From Octopus vulgaris (lineage: Eukaryota), in contig OX597834.1 in assembly GCA_951406725.2 (NCBI GenBank), forward strand, positions 22,258,001 to 22,322,000: a DNA stretch of 64,000 nucleotides, in the 5' to 3' direction. The notes below the pieces were generated by a model. The model saw only the letters and a list, made by a program, of their open reading frames with translations. It was not told where the DNA came from and did no database searches. The position numbers and the translations under genes were made by a program. Within the stretch, counting starts at the first letter, position 1; each line of letters starts with the position of its first letter. Shown one piece after another: positions 38,344 to 51,359 of the stretch.

Positions 38344-39293
38344 GTTTTTTTGGGATTTTTTTTTTTTTTTGTAGATGCAAATGCTACCAGTTGAAAGCTC
38401 CACATACTGGATGCCAGCAACTTTATAGGGTCATCAGGAGAAAAATGCGTGCCATTTTGGGGCCTAATTCTCAACGGCATCATCGGCACACCAGCACACA
38501 CCCCCTCGCTGAAATGAAACCCCCGCTTGCTAGATCAACTGGTTAATAGGTTCCGCTCAGTGTTCTTCTAGCCGTTGCTCATTGTCTCTTTATAACCAAA
38601 TCCAGACATCACGCATCCTCTGCATTATTACAGAAGCGTTGCGCTCATGACAATTTTTAATTTTTCTCTAACACGGATGGGTTCTGCAATATGCCATCTT
38701 CAAGGATGATGCTACAGCATGGCCTCAGTTAGATAAAGAATCTAACAAAGTCACAGTTAGATTCAATGCAGTTGTTCTGTCTGTCTCTTTCTCTTTCTCT
38801 CTCTCTCTCTCTCTTTCTGACTTGTTCACTTTTTCCATATCTCTTCCTCTCGCTCTCTCTCTGCCCCCTCTTTTTTTCCCACCAATTCCGTTCCCTGTAC
38901 TTTGGTGACCCTGCAGCACTCCCTTCGAGTGGTTTTAGTCTAGTTCATCAACGCCATCTTTTGTTACCTCTGTATCCCTAACAGAAAACCCTACCCCCAC
39001 ATCACGACATTTGTCGTTTTCCCTTAGAAATTTTTTTCCCTTAGAAATTTTTTTCCCTTTTTTTTTTTTTTCCATTTTTTTTAAGGATGGTGGGTTCACA
39101 AGAGAAAAAAATAAAATGATATTTCGAAATTTATGCAAGTTTGCAATTTTGGTAAAACTGATGCCATTAGTGAAGAGTTGATGGCAAATTATCGCTGTTT
39201 TTGCAGAAACACTGGGCAGAACAAAGAGTACTTATGTTAGCAGATGTGAACATGATGTACAGTTCGGAGCTGAGACCGAGAGACAGAGATATT

Positions 39294-39325
<32 letters not shown>

Positions 39326-39773
39326 AAGATAGATAGATAAATAGAGAGATTGTCTTGTGTTAAAAATAAAGAAAATAATAAAAACCAGCCCTGCCATGCT
39401 TCATAAATATTATTCCATGCTTTTACTCCATTAAGTGTGAAAACTATCAAAAGCTTCACTTTAATTTCGGATTGATGAAGTTTTCAGGGAGACTGATGGA
39501 AGTGGGGGAGGCAGTGCGAAGGGCAGTGATGGGGGTTGAGTGGTCGTGGTGGTGGTGGTGGGGAGGGGCCTATGAAATCATTCATTATGCAGCTGTTCCC
39601 AACTACACCCTGTCCCCACCTTCCATCCTTCCCCTGGACGACACCCTTCCCCTCTTAATTTCAAGAATTACTAAGGTGGAGAATTGCATTTAAAAAAATT
39701 TTTTTTATATAATTGCTTCACTGGTTACACAAAGACTCGCAGAATTAGAGTTTGTTTCTCGACTCTTTGGTAC

Positions 39774-39774
<1 letters not shown>

Positions 39775-39843
<69 letters not shown>

Positions 39844-40066
39844 GTTATTATTGATAAGGTAGTGAGCTGGCTGAATCATTAGCACACTGAACAAAATGCT
39901 TAGCGGTATTTCTTCCATGTCTATGTTCTGAGTTCACACCCTGCTGAGGTCATGTTTGCCTTTCATCCTTTCGGGGGTCGATAAATTAAGTACCAGTGAA
40001 ACACTGGGGTTGATATAATCAACTGGTCTCTTGCCCCAGAATTTTCAAGCCTTGTGCCTATAGTAG

Positions 40067-40114
<48 letters not shown>

Positions 40115-40612
40115 ATCATCATCAATCATCATCATCAATCATCCATCATCATCATCATCAATCATCCATCAATCATCAATCATCCATCATCAAGGTGACA
40201 AATTGGCAGAACTGTTAGCACACTGGGCAAAATGCTTAGTGGCATTTCATTTGTCTTTACATTCTGAGTTCAAATTCTGCTAAGGTTAACTTTGCCTTTC
40301 ATCGTTTCAGGGTCAATAAAATAAGCACCAGCTGAGTACTGAGACTGATGTAATCGACTTAATCCCCCACCCCCTGAAATTGCTGGCCTTGTGCCAGAAT
40401 TTGAGACCATTATTATTATTATTATTATTTCCGTTGATTTGCTTGAGTTTACGACAGGACATTCAGTGGTGGACAACACACACACACAGCAGGCTTCCAT
40501 ACAGTTTCTGTCTATCAAATCCACTCACAAGACTTTGATTGGCCTGGGGCTATAGCAGAAGACACTCTCCCTCCCAAAACCACACGGCTGGAAAGCAAAC
40601 TTCCCAACCACA
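39775..40612. mobile_element. (ATT)n, SINE B, (ATC)n, SINE B, (ATT)n, then a SINE A head (-)
   Basis: B copies at 39856-40069 and 40192-40410; A fragment at 40465-40612. Confidence 0.8.
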
Positions 40613-41295
40613 ACCTGAAATAAACAAACAAATAAATAAAAACATAAGTGTACATTAAAAAAAAATGTAATCCAAGTTAGACTGTCCCTAAAAAAATAGA
40701 GATAGGGTCTGCTCTCGGTCAGAGTTGAATAACAGCCACCTATCAGAGATGACTATTAACACTTGCAACAGATATAAACTCAAGCAAATCAACGGAAATT
40801 ATTAAAGACGCTTTTGATCTTAGATTCTTCCGAAAATTCTTTATTTTGGCAGAGGAGAGGGGGAGGGAGAGGAGGCGGTGGGCGGTGAGGGTTTGGATAT
40901 CGTCATTGGTTGTCATAGCATTTCACTTCATTTCCATACATTTTACATATTTTCATAAGAAACTTGAAAGATATTTCATACGTGTGTGGGTGTGAGTGAG
41001 TGTGTGTGTGTTTTTTTTTTTTAGTTTTGAATTTCTAATTACTGTTATTTAATGGGGCTTAATATGCGTGTGTATATATGTATGTATGTAAGTTATGTAA
41101 ATGTAGGTGTATGTGTGTGTTCGATAATATAGGTAAGATTTAAATATATGTTTACTCTCTGTCTTTGTATGTATGGGTGTACACACAGACATATATATAT
41201 ATCTACATATGCATATATGTACATATATAATATACATATTTATGCATATATGTACATACATGAATATATATTTGTACATTAATATTGATATATGC

Positions 41296-41334
<39 letters not shown>

Positions 41335-42308
41335 ATGTATGTATGTATGTACATATATGTATTTATATACATTGCATATATGTACGATTTAATCCATGCA
41401 AAACAGATGTGAAATACTGATTTGTGTGTGTGTGTGTATAATAAATATATGTATATATAGAAAGATACAGTAATACATATAAACATGATTCTGTTAAATA
41501 TACACACACATACACACATTAAATATATTCAGAAGACGAATACAAATACTCATATGTACAAGCAAATAGATATTTCTATATATTTGACAAATAAATTATA
41601 ATGTGTGTGTGTGTGTGTGTGTGTAAGACATAGGGGAGAGAAGGACAGAGATAACAGCCTTGATAAGATCAAAATTACTTTCAATTACTTTGGTTCCAAA
41701 ACACTTAACCGTTTCTTGAAGATGATAAACTTTCAACGGTTCCTAATCTGTGAGATTGCTTACAAAATTTGTCAGTTTTTGATTGGGTTGGAAATGAGGG
41801 CTAAAAATGATGGGGGTGGGAAAAAACGGTTGCAGAAAATGGGGGGTTAAAGAATTTGGCGGAACCGAAACGCTTATTTGATATTCTGACTTTTAAAAGC
41901 AAAAAACTGTTATCATCAAGCCCCCCCCCCCCTTCTCTCCCACCCGCCACCCCTTTCGTGCACTCCACACTCTGCAAATGACTATAATCCGCATGTGTTT
42001 CTGTCTTTGAAATATTAAAACGAATGAAATAATTAAAAATGAATAAATTCACATGAAATTTTTGGAAATGGAGTTGACAATTTATAAGTGCGTAAATGCC
42101 TAGATGCGTAGAGACACTGTCATCACCATCACCATCATCATCATCATCATCTTCTTCACCATTGTCATCATCATCATCATCATCATCGTAAACATTCTTG
42201 ACATCATATTCACCAATACCATCATCATCATCATCGTCACACTTTTACAACATTGCCGCTTGAATTTTATCTAATTGAATATAGAATTTTCATCATCACC
42301 ATTATTAC

Positions 42309-42339
<31 letters not shown>

Positions 42340-42832
42340 TCCATTTAGTGAAGAGGAAAAGTGTGTGTCTGTATGTGTGTGTATATGTACATGTGTGTGT
42401 GTGTGTGTGTGTGAGTGTGTGTGAGGGAGATCAGCTCTTGCAGCAACCATGCCAATTGCAGTGCACCGTTCTCTCTTGCTTAGCTTTCTTGAAAGTCTTC
42501 ACACAAGTATAGAGTTTAACGTCATCACCCATTCATAGGTATTCTTGCGGTTGTTCTTCACGTGTGTGTCCACATGAGAGTGTGCGTGTGTGTATGTGTG
42601 TGTATGTATGAGTGTGCATGTGTGTTTGTGAATGTATGGATTTACATGCACAATAATTACACAGTTATACATACACACCATATATATATATATACACAAA
42701 ACACATTTGATATTCACATATCTATATATATATGTATGTATGTGTGTGTGTGTGTATACATTTACACATACACACATTGGCATGGCATATATACATTAGA
42801 TTTAAATACACACATTTAATATTCATATGCTT

Positions 42833-42871
<39 letters not shown>

Positions 42872-43069
42872 TACAGTTATGCATTATAAATGTTTTACTG
42901 TGTTAATGAAATACAACTTGAAATAGTATTTATAATTGCTCCCTGGAGAAACAAATATGTGTGTGTGTGTGTGTGTATATATATATACATACATACATAT
43001 GTCAATGTCACTTAAATGTAGATTATAATTGAAGGAGTACAACAGGAACATGTGAATTATTCAGGCATA

Positions 43070-43278
43070 CAGGGTGCAACAAAAATCCCTCCCACATTTT
43101 ACAGGTTGACAAATGTTTCAAGCAGTAAACACATGATATACACTAATCATTATCATGTTGCTAATTGAAACAGAATGGTAAACCATAAACTACGCGAAGA
43201 CCTCATTATCATTTGCCTGCCTTCACTGGCGCCACACCAATAACCATATAAAATATGGGACGTTTTTCTGCCACACTG
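43070..43278. mobile_element. Tc1/mariner-type MITE (decayed)
   Basis: TA-CAGGGTGCAACAAAAATCCCTCCCACATTTT and AAAATATGGGACGTTTTTCTGCCACACTG form imperfect inverted termini of about 30 bp; the right TA is not preserved. Confidence 0.5.
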
Positions 43279-43299
43279 CGTTTGTGAATTCTTTCATCC

Positions 43300-43860
43300 T
43301 TTTTATTTGTGTCAGTCAGTAGGCTGTGGCCATGCTAGAGCACTGCTTTGAAGAATTTTTTCTCGGTGAATCAACCCCAATACGTTTTTTTAACCTTGGT
43401 TCTTATTCTGTTGGTGTCTTTTGCTGAATTGCCAAATTATGGGGGTGTTAACACACACACACACGATGGGCTTCTGTCAGTTTCCAGTTTCCAAATCCAC
43501 TGACAAGGCTTTGGTTGATCCGAGGCTATAGTAGAAGACACTTGCCCAAAATACCACGCAGTGGGACTGAACCCAGAACCATGTAGGTGGGAAGCAAGCT
43601 TCTTACACAGCCATGCCCTGCACCTATTACTCTAACATTTATAGTAAAATTGAAGCAAAAGCTGACAATTTTGAGACGAGGAACAACTGAGCAATAGTTA
43701 TTAATTGATCAGGTATTGGCAATTGATTCTCAATACCTGATTGATTTACAGCCGGAGCAATGTGAAATATAGTGTTTTGCTCAAGAACACAACACACACT
43801 GCCCAGTCCAGGAATTGAAACCACAATCGTAGAACACCTTAACTTCAAGGCCATCCATCT
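43300..43860 (-). mobile_element. SINE A (43300-43626) and SINE H fragment (43640-43860)
   Basis: Reverse A motifs; on the minus strand the H head reads GGTTTCAATTCCTGGACTGGGC...GTGTTCTTGAGCAAAACACT. Confidence 0.75.
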
Positions 43861-44302
43861 TCATGAAGCCAATAGCAACAACAAAAAAAACATGCCATTT
43901 TCTTCACAAAATAGAATGTCAAATTGATAATTAAATAAAAATTAATCATTAAAGTATTTAATTTCTTGCAAATGTTTCTGTAATTAGCGTTGACCTAATT
44001 AACTGAGTCACTCAAAGATTGCTATAAAACTGTGCCCCCTTGAAATGAGACCCCAAATCCTAGAGGTTTAACCAATGGTAGAACATCCTGAAAGGAAACC
44101 ATATAAGAATTTCCTTAGAACTCTTCTACAAACATCCTGTTTTTAAGATAAATATGATACGATATTTAGTTTCTTATAAAACAAAATAATAATAATAATA
44201 ATAATAACAACAACAACAATAACAATGTTAGTTTTTAACTCGTTAACCTTAAATTGCTTCAGTTACAAAGGAAACCAAAATGTTTGTTGTAGCATAATCT
44301 TT

Positions 44303-44648
44303 GATCTTTTATCTGTTACTTGTTTCATGCATTTGACTGTGGCCATGCTGGGGCACTACCTTGAATAATTTTTAGCCGAATGAATCGACCCCAGGACTTA
44401 TTCTACTGTTCTCTTTTACTGAACCCCTAAGTTACAGGGATCTAAACACACCAACACCAGCTGTCAAGCAGTGGTGGGGGACAGACACTAAAACACACAC
44501 ACACATGCACATACGAAGGGCTTCTTTCAGTTTCCATCTATCAAATCTACCCAGAAGGCTTTGGTCAGCCAGAGGCTATAGTAGAAGACACTTGCCCAAG
44601 GTGCCACACGGTGGGACTGAACCCGGAACCATGTGGTTGGGAAGCAAC
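44303..44648 (-). mobile_element. SINE family A
   Basis: Reverse copy lacking the extreme 5' head. Confidence 0.85.
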
Positions 44649-44679
44649 AACATGGATTGAATGTAAAAAGAAATATCTT

Positions 44680-45016
44680 CTTTTATCTTATTTTACTTGT
44701 TTCAATCATTGGATTGTGGCCATGCTAGAGCACTGCCTTGGAGGATTTAGTTAAACAAACTGACCTCAGTACCTTGTCAATGGAAACTGAAAGAAGCCCA
44801 TTGTGTCTGTGTTTGTCCCACCACCACTTAACAACCAGTGTTGGTGGGTTTACGACTCCATAATTTTGCAGCTCAGCAAAAAGAGAAATACTGCATAAGT
44901 ACCAGATTAAAAAAAGAATTAGTAGTGGGGTCAGGGGTCAAGCCAGTCTACTAAAATTCTACAGGTTGTGCCCCAGCATGGCCACAATCTAACGAGTGAA
45001 ACAAGTAAAAGATAAG
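44680..45016. mobile_element. SINE A composite: inverted tail (-) fused to 5'-truncated body (+)
   Basis: 44680-44773 is the reverse tail; 44774-45016 runs forward from ATGGAAACTGAAAGAAG to AAACAAGTAAAAGATAAG. Confidence 0.7.
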
Positions 45017-45477
45017 ACACTGACACACACACACACACACAAACTTAGGGAATGTTTACCTGTCATAGATTTATGTTGTTACCCTATCCCAGAGAGACTG
45101 TACATAATTCCGCCCTTAACCCTTCCAAGAATTCTAATAAGAGTTCGTGCTTGGTTCCAGCTTCATGGTATCTAGTGGAGGAAAAGATATATCGCATTTT
45201 GGATAAGATGTGTCAGTCTATGAGATGTAATATTCCCAAGAGGATCTTGGTGCTTACTTATCCCCCTACAACTAGAGGAACTGAAGCATTGAGAACAGAA
45301 TATTTCTACATACCTGCCATAAGCTATGGTTATCATGTTGTCCTCTGGGAATTCTGCAAAATTCTGTGATTCTCAGTTTGGAATTTAATCCAGAATTGAA
45401 ACTCCTTTTTCGTGTTTAAAAATATGGTTTAGATCACTGGACTAACCTCAACTAACATTATAGATGGTTTGCTTGGT

Positions 45478-46221
45478 AAACCTTCAGAGACTGCCCTTGG
45501 ATCTATGATGCCAACTTTAGGTTTTAACCCTTTAGTGTTTCAACCGGCCATATCTGGCCCAGATATTCTACATGTTTTATATTCAAACTGGCCATATCTA
45601 GCCTCTCACACTTAACCTACATTGACATTCTAAAATAAACAATCATATCATTGAAACCTCAAAGCTATTAGACAATGCATGATTAATTCAAAACAATTTG
45701 AGCGAATAAGTATTACATTTAACAGTAATCTAAACACTAAAGGGTTAAAGTGATTTAAATCAAATGTTTCCATCAAAATTTCATTTTATGTCCTAAACAC
45801 CGATTTAATAACGACAATGTTATTTGAGAAAATTCTTCATCATTTTCAAAATTAATTAAAACAAGGACAGCCTATTTTAACAGAAATGTGGTGCCAAAAG
45901 GTTTAAGTGAGAGTTGTAAAGTGGCTTCTTCTCTACCTTTTACAGAATGGCAAACATTTAAACCAAACCTCTGGTTCTCTGCCTACCAGCTTAAGATTTC
46001 CTAATTCTTTTGAATCCAAACTGCCTAGTTCTAAGATACAAGCTTCCTCTTTTAAAGTGATCTGAGTTAAAAGTTTCCATCAAAATTTCCCATTAATTTA
46101 TATTCCAAACACCAGATTAATAATAACAAAAGTATTTTATTAAATTCTTCGTAATTTTCAAAATTAATTGAAATAAAGACAGTGTATGTATTTCAATAGG
46201 AAAGCGGTAACAGAAGCTTTA
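45478..46221. mobile_element. D1 MITE (split by MITE E), spacer, second D1 MITE
   Basis: D1 at 45478-45906 resumes after E as AAAGTGATTTAAAT; second D1 at about 46002-46221. Confidence 0.7.
45524..45748. mobile_element. piggyBac-type MITE family E, nested
   Basis: TTAA-CCCTTTAGTGTTT ... AAACACTAAAGGG-TTAA: perfect 13-bp inverted termini with TTAA duplication. Confidence 0.85.
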
Positions 46222-46989
46222 TCGTTATCTTGGTTAACCAAAAATCACATGATGAAAATAAGCAAAGAAAGAAAATTATACTATTTATTAGCTAAAATAG
46301 GGCCTCAAATACCAGTGATGTTTGAGGGTCTTACTTTTTTTAGCTCTAAGTGTAGAACTTTAGTAACACAAAATCTGAATCCTTATCAACATTACTTAAA
46401 CATCTGTTTTCATGAAGGATGGCATCATTTAGACATATCATCATCAGCATCATTGCCATCATCGTTGTGGCCTTTCCATTTCATTCTGTTCGTAATTAAA
46501 TTCTGTGTTTAAACCCCGCAAACCCCTGAGGTCTGTCTGCCTCTCTTCTACCTTCCTTCGTTTCCAGCTGTCGCAAGTTTTCAGACATATGCTTACCACA
46601 AAAACCCCCTTTTATCTGTTCACGCAACCTTTCCCACCTGAGCCATCTTTATTGCAGACAACAACAACACTTGATGCCCCCTTCATTTCTAAATCTCCCT
46701 TTATATAGCCCCCCCCACCCCCCACCCATCCACACCAGCTCTTGTTCGTCTTATACTTTAGGCTTACTTCCTCCCTCCCCCTTTTTACAAATTGTGTTTT
46801 TTTTTTTTTTTTCACATTTCCCTTCCACTCAAACACTTCCATCCTCTCCATCACTGACTCTCTGGCATTTTTTTTTGTGTAAATATTTGAACTCAAATGA
46901 AATTTTGTTTCGTGTCCAGATCCAACACTTGCTTTGCTTTCAAATTTCTGGATTTTATGTAAAAAGATTTTGAATATTTTCCCATTACT

Positions 46990-47425
46990 TTTATTTTTTA
47001 CTTGTCTTAATCAGTGAACTCTGACCGTACTGGGGTCCTGCCTTCAAGGGTCTTAACCAAACAGATCAGTCCCAGTAGCTTTATGTTTTTTTACTTTAAG
47101 CTTATTTTGTCACTTACTTTTGCTGAACTGCTAAGTTACAGGAATCTAAATAAACCAATGCCAGTCATTAAGTAGTTGTGGGCAACGAAAGACAAAAACT
47201 CACACACACACTTTTACATACATACCCACACATTTGTACACACACACACACATGCATAAATATGAAGAGCTGCCACATAGTTTCCGTGTACCAAATTCTC
47301 TCAGAAGGCATTGATCAGTCTGGGGCTGTAGAGGAAGACACCTGTCCCAAGTGTCACACAGTGGGACGGAACCCGAAACCACATGGTTGGGAAGCAAGCT
47401 TCTTAACCTCACAGCTATTCCTAGG
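46990..47425 (-). mobile_element. SINE family A, diverged
   Basis: Reverse copy (CAGTGGGACGGAACCCGAAACCACATGGTTGGGAAGCAAGC). Confidence 0.75.
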
Positions 47426-48060
47426 CAACTTATTTGCTTCCATTTTTGTACTTACCAGGTCTGGAGGAAGGGTGATGCTTTTTATTCATTACATTAATTA
47501 ATTACTTAATTATCCTAATTATTCTGGATTAGAGTTTTCTTTCTTTCCTTCTTTCTTTCTATTAAGGTCCATATTCTTGGCTTTGCAAACAATTAGTTAA
47601 TAATTAACTGTTAATCCTGTATTCTTCCTTAATTACTTTGATTTGATGACTTGTAACATTTAAGGTGCCCCAGCATGACCACAGCTGTGTGGCTAAAACA
47701 AATAACAATGAAAGAATACACTGTCACCATATTCCATGGAATGCAGATTCCTTATTCTTTATTTTGGGAATGTATTTGCCAGTTAGTCATTGAAAATCAT
47801 AACTTCAAGACTCATAACTTCATTTAAACATTCATTATTTGGGGTTTCAGTTGCAGTGGAATCATATCAGAGACCAGGTCCCAGAAAATGTGATGAAAAT
47901 TTTGACATCCAATAATAGATGTTAAGTGAAGTTAAGTCTTTGTTGGTTTTGAAATGGTTAATGTGTGACGTCCACACTGCAATAAGTTTTATATATAAAA
48001 CTTAGATGTGTTTCGACCAAAGATTGGTCCAGGTCATGTCTAACTTTATATATATATATA

Positions 48061-48179
48061 TATAATTATAACAAGGGCTTAGAAAGAATGTGTTTGTGAC
48101 TTCTTTGAGTGGTGAGGCGATTTAGCGGATTTTCTCAGCATATGGCTAGAAAATTTATTTCTAAGCCCTTATAATTATA
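48061..48179. mobile_element. Small TA-flanked MITE
   Basis: TATAATTATAACAAGGGCTTAGAAAGAAT / ATTTATTTCTAAGCCCTTATAATTATA inverted termini within (TA)n. Confidence 0.7.
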
Positions 48180-48567
48180 CATATAATTTTCACCTTAATC
48201 AGTTTCGTTTTATGTGTTGCACCAGAAACAGAAACATGGTCACTGACACCATTCTACTGCAACTATCCTGAGACAGGGCTGTTGGTCAAGACCATGGTGG
48301 AGCACTGCCTGTAGACTTTCAGGCTATTGCTGTGCAAAAATTCCTGGATTTGTGTAACCTAAAAGATGTTATGTTAAATAACAGAATGACAACTCCCAGT
48401 TTTCAAAGTATGAAGCAGCTGAGTAGACATTCTCTTCTGATACTCACGCCCCTGGTTAAGATGCCAGGGTGGTGGAGGTTTTACCTCACTCTCCATTGGA
48501 CAAGCCTTAATCCAGCACTGAAAATTTAAAGGAAATAAATACAACATGCAATGCTATGTTCTATTGA

Positions 48568-48616
<49 letters not shown>

Positions 48617-50304
48617 GCTTCATATTTTGGCCAAGGGCCAACAGTTTTGGGGAGGGCCTAAGTCAATTCCATTGACCTGAGTGTTTAGAAGGGACTTATT
48701 TTATTGATCCTGAAAGGATGAAAGGCACAGTTTCGACAGTAGTCGATTTTGGTATTAATTCCACAGATGTCGGAGTTGGTGTGAGCTTCCACATCCTTTC
48801 AACACACATACACACAACAAAGAAAAAAACAAAAACGCTTGCATAATTTTTTTTAAAAAGTTATAATTTATAAACATGAATAAATTAAACAAATTATTTA
48901 CAAGGGAAATAACTCTTTATAACTATGCATCTGAACGGTTATCTTTTCTTGTATTTTCTTCTGTGAGTATTTTTCAAGCTGTTGAATCGCGTTGCTTTAT
49001 AGTGAATAAATACCTCTCTTTTGATTTCATGTGATTTAATATTAATGTCGTTGATTGGAATTTGGAATCAGTTAAGGAAGGAATTTTATCTTGCCTCTTC
49101 TCTAAGAGTTTGTATTTGTGGCTTTTTGTATTCCTTGCCTTTATACTGGTGCTGAAGATTTTAATAGATTTTTCCATATCTCTTACAAAATTTCTCAATT
49201 TTTGTGTTTTCTGCCCAACCTTATCGGAACATACAAATTTTCACCGTTTTCAAACATATTGGAATTTCTTAAAATCTCTTGGTAAAATTCTAATTTTCCT
49301 CAGTTCCAGAACAAAAAAAAAATAATGAAATAAAATTTTAAAAACCTGGACTGACTGAATTTGGTCATATCACGCATTTTGGAATTAATTTATCATCTTC
49401 TTTGATATGTAGAACAAAGTAGTTTTCGAAAAATCCCTCCCACCCCACCACAATTCTTTGATAAAATTCTTAAATTCAAAAAACAGAATCCAAGTATTTG
49501 ATTATCACTAAATTTTTGGCTTGTTGAATTTGTAACTATGAAACAAATTCTGAAAAACAAGCTACTGATGGTGCATTTTCACTCTCTCTCTTTAATGTAA
49601 GGGGCCATTTAGCTCCTCTGCAACAAGAACCTGCTCTGCTTTACTCACTTCTCCCATACCTTGGCCCTTATCTGCTAGCGTTTAGCCATCACCCTTCTCT
49701 CAGTTTTTTATAATCTAGCAAGCTCCGTGGTAACCTTACTGGTACAGAAAAGCTCTCAGTACACTCTGTAAAGTGGTTGGCTTTGGGAAGGGCATCCAAC
49801 CATAGAAACCATGCCAAAGCAGACATTAAAGCATGCTACAGTTCTTCAACTTATCAGGTCCTTATTAAAATGATAATGATGGTGGTGCTGGTGCTGGTGG
49901 TGATGATGATGATAGAAAGAAAGAATAGAATGTAAGGTTGTTTGGGAGTTGAATTGCATTTTAAGGGCCAGTCAGTAAAGGGGTCGATGTCATCTTTTAT
50001 GTTTGTTGATTCAGCAGAATTACTTTAGAGTGAAGGAGTGTCAAAGAAAACTCCTGATTTCACACTTAAACAAAAAAAGGGGTCAAACAAAGACAGGGCC
50101 GACTTTTCTCTGCTAATTCCATGAAGAAGGGGGTTTGTTTAGGGAGTCAGGAAATGAAGTAATACTTAAAAAGGGTGGAGGGGACAGTGGTGGTGGGGGG
50201 AAGTAGATTTTTAAGGGTTAACTGTGTCTACTACTCCACCACATCACCACCACCACCACCACCACCACCACTCCTTCAGGTTCAGGGAGCCTCTTTGTAG
50301 TTCG

Positions 50305-50770
50305 CATTCAACTTGCTATAAATGGCAGCCAAATCTGCCTCAAAGCTTATAGAAAAAGAAGAGGGCACAGATAATGAGGTCTTAGATGATTACCCTATGC
50401 AGAGGAAAAGGGGGAATGGTCACAGCTGGAATGTCTCTGATTAAATAGCCTGCTTGATGAGAACTGGCCTAGGGCTGAACAGTAATAATCTTGTCTGTCT
50501 GCACCAATCAGATATAAATACTCTCTCCATCTTTCCCCCTCTCTCATTCTCTCTGTCTCTCCTTAGCCACAGGTCAACTTGTAACAGAGTAAGATTAACA
50601 ACTAACTGAAGTTGTTCCAGTCATGACCACCTCATCTTTCCATACATCTAACACTACAGTATCCAATATATCCTTCCTTCCTTCCTCATATATTTTCAAA
50701 ATATGAGGATGTAACACAAGCAAGATTTGACTGCTATTTCTTCTCCCTAACAGGTCATAGCAACCACACA
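50305..50770. repeat. Two family G copies in inverted orientation
   Basis: 50305-50488 (+) has GGTCACAGCTGGAAT; 50560-50770 (-) has GTTCCAGTCATGACC and AGATTTGACTGCTATTTC. Confidence 0.55.
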
Positions 50771-51359
50771 GAGCCCTTCCCTGCACCTTCATTATATCTT
50801 TGTCTCGTTAATGGCACTGGTCAAAAAACATTAACCTAGTAATGATTGTCTTTTTAATCAATCAATCTATTGTAAGCATAATTAGTTGTCACCGATGTTG
50901 GAATAATTAAGCTGATAATTAAAATTTCGCTAATTTTATCAGATAAATAAAAGAAACTTTGTCAGGGTGGGGGAGGGGAATTTATTGGTTTTTAATTAAT
51001 TTATTATCTAATATTTATTTAATATCTTTAATTCCTTATCTAATATATTCTGCTAACAACAGGGATAATTAATTTTTTTCAAAATTATCAAGTCTAGTCT
51101 AGTTAACGAAGAAGAAACAGATTTTTTTAAGAAGATAAAAATAAACGACATTTAATGGGGTATTCATGCCTTTTTGTCTTTGTTTGTTTGGGTTTTTTTT
51201 TTTTTTGGTGGGGTAGGATGTAGAGGGAAGCTGGGATGGAGGGTATGATATTACTGGGACTTTTATTTTTTTTATCAACTTTAGTAGTTATTAAAGGCAA
51301 CATCTGACCTCTCTAACAATACAAGAACAGACAAAATTAGTTGATGGTGGTGGTGGCAG

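Noticed and set aside
39021-39058. 17-bp tandem duplication CCCTTAGAAATTTTTTT
   Set aside because: Ordinary replication slippage.
45052-45369. 105-aa non-repetitive ORF (also 46186-46512 and 48332-48529)
   Set aside because: No recognisable domain or splice context, and the lengths are compatible with chance.
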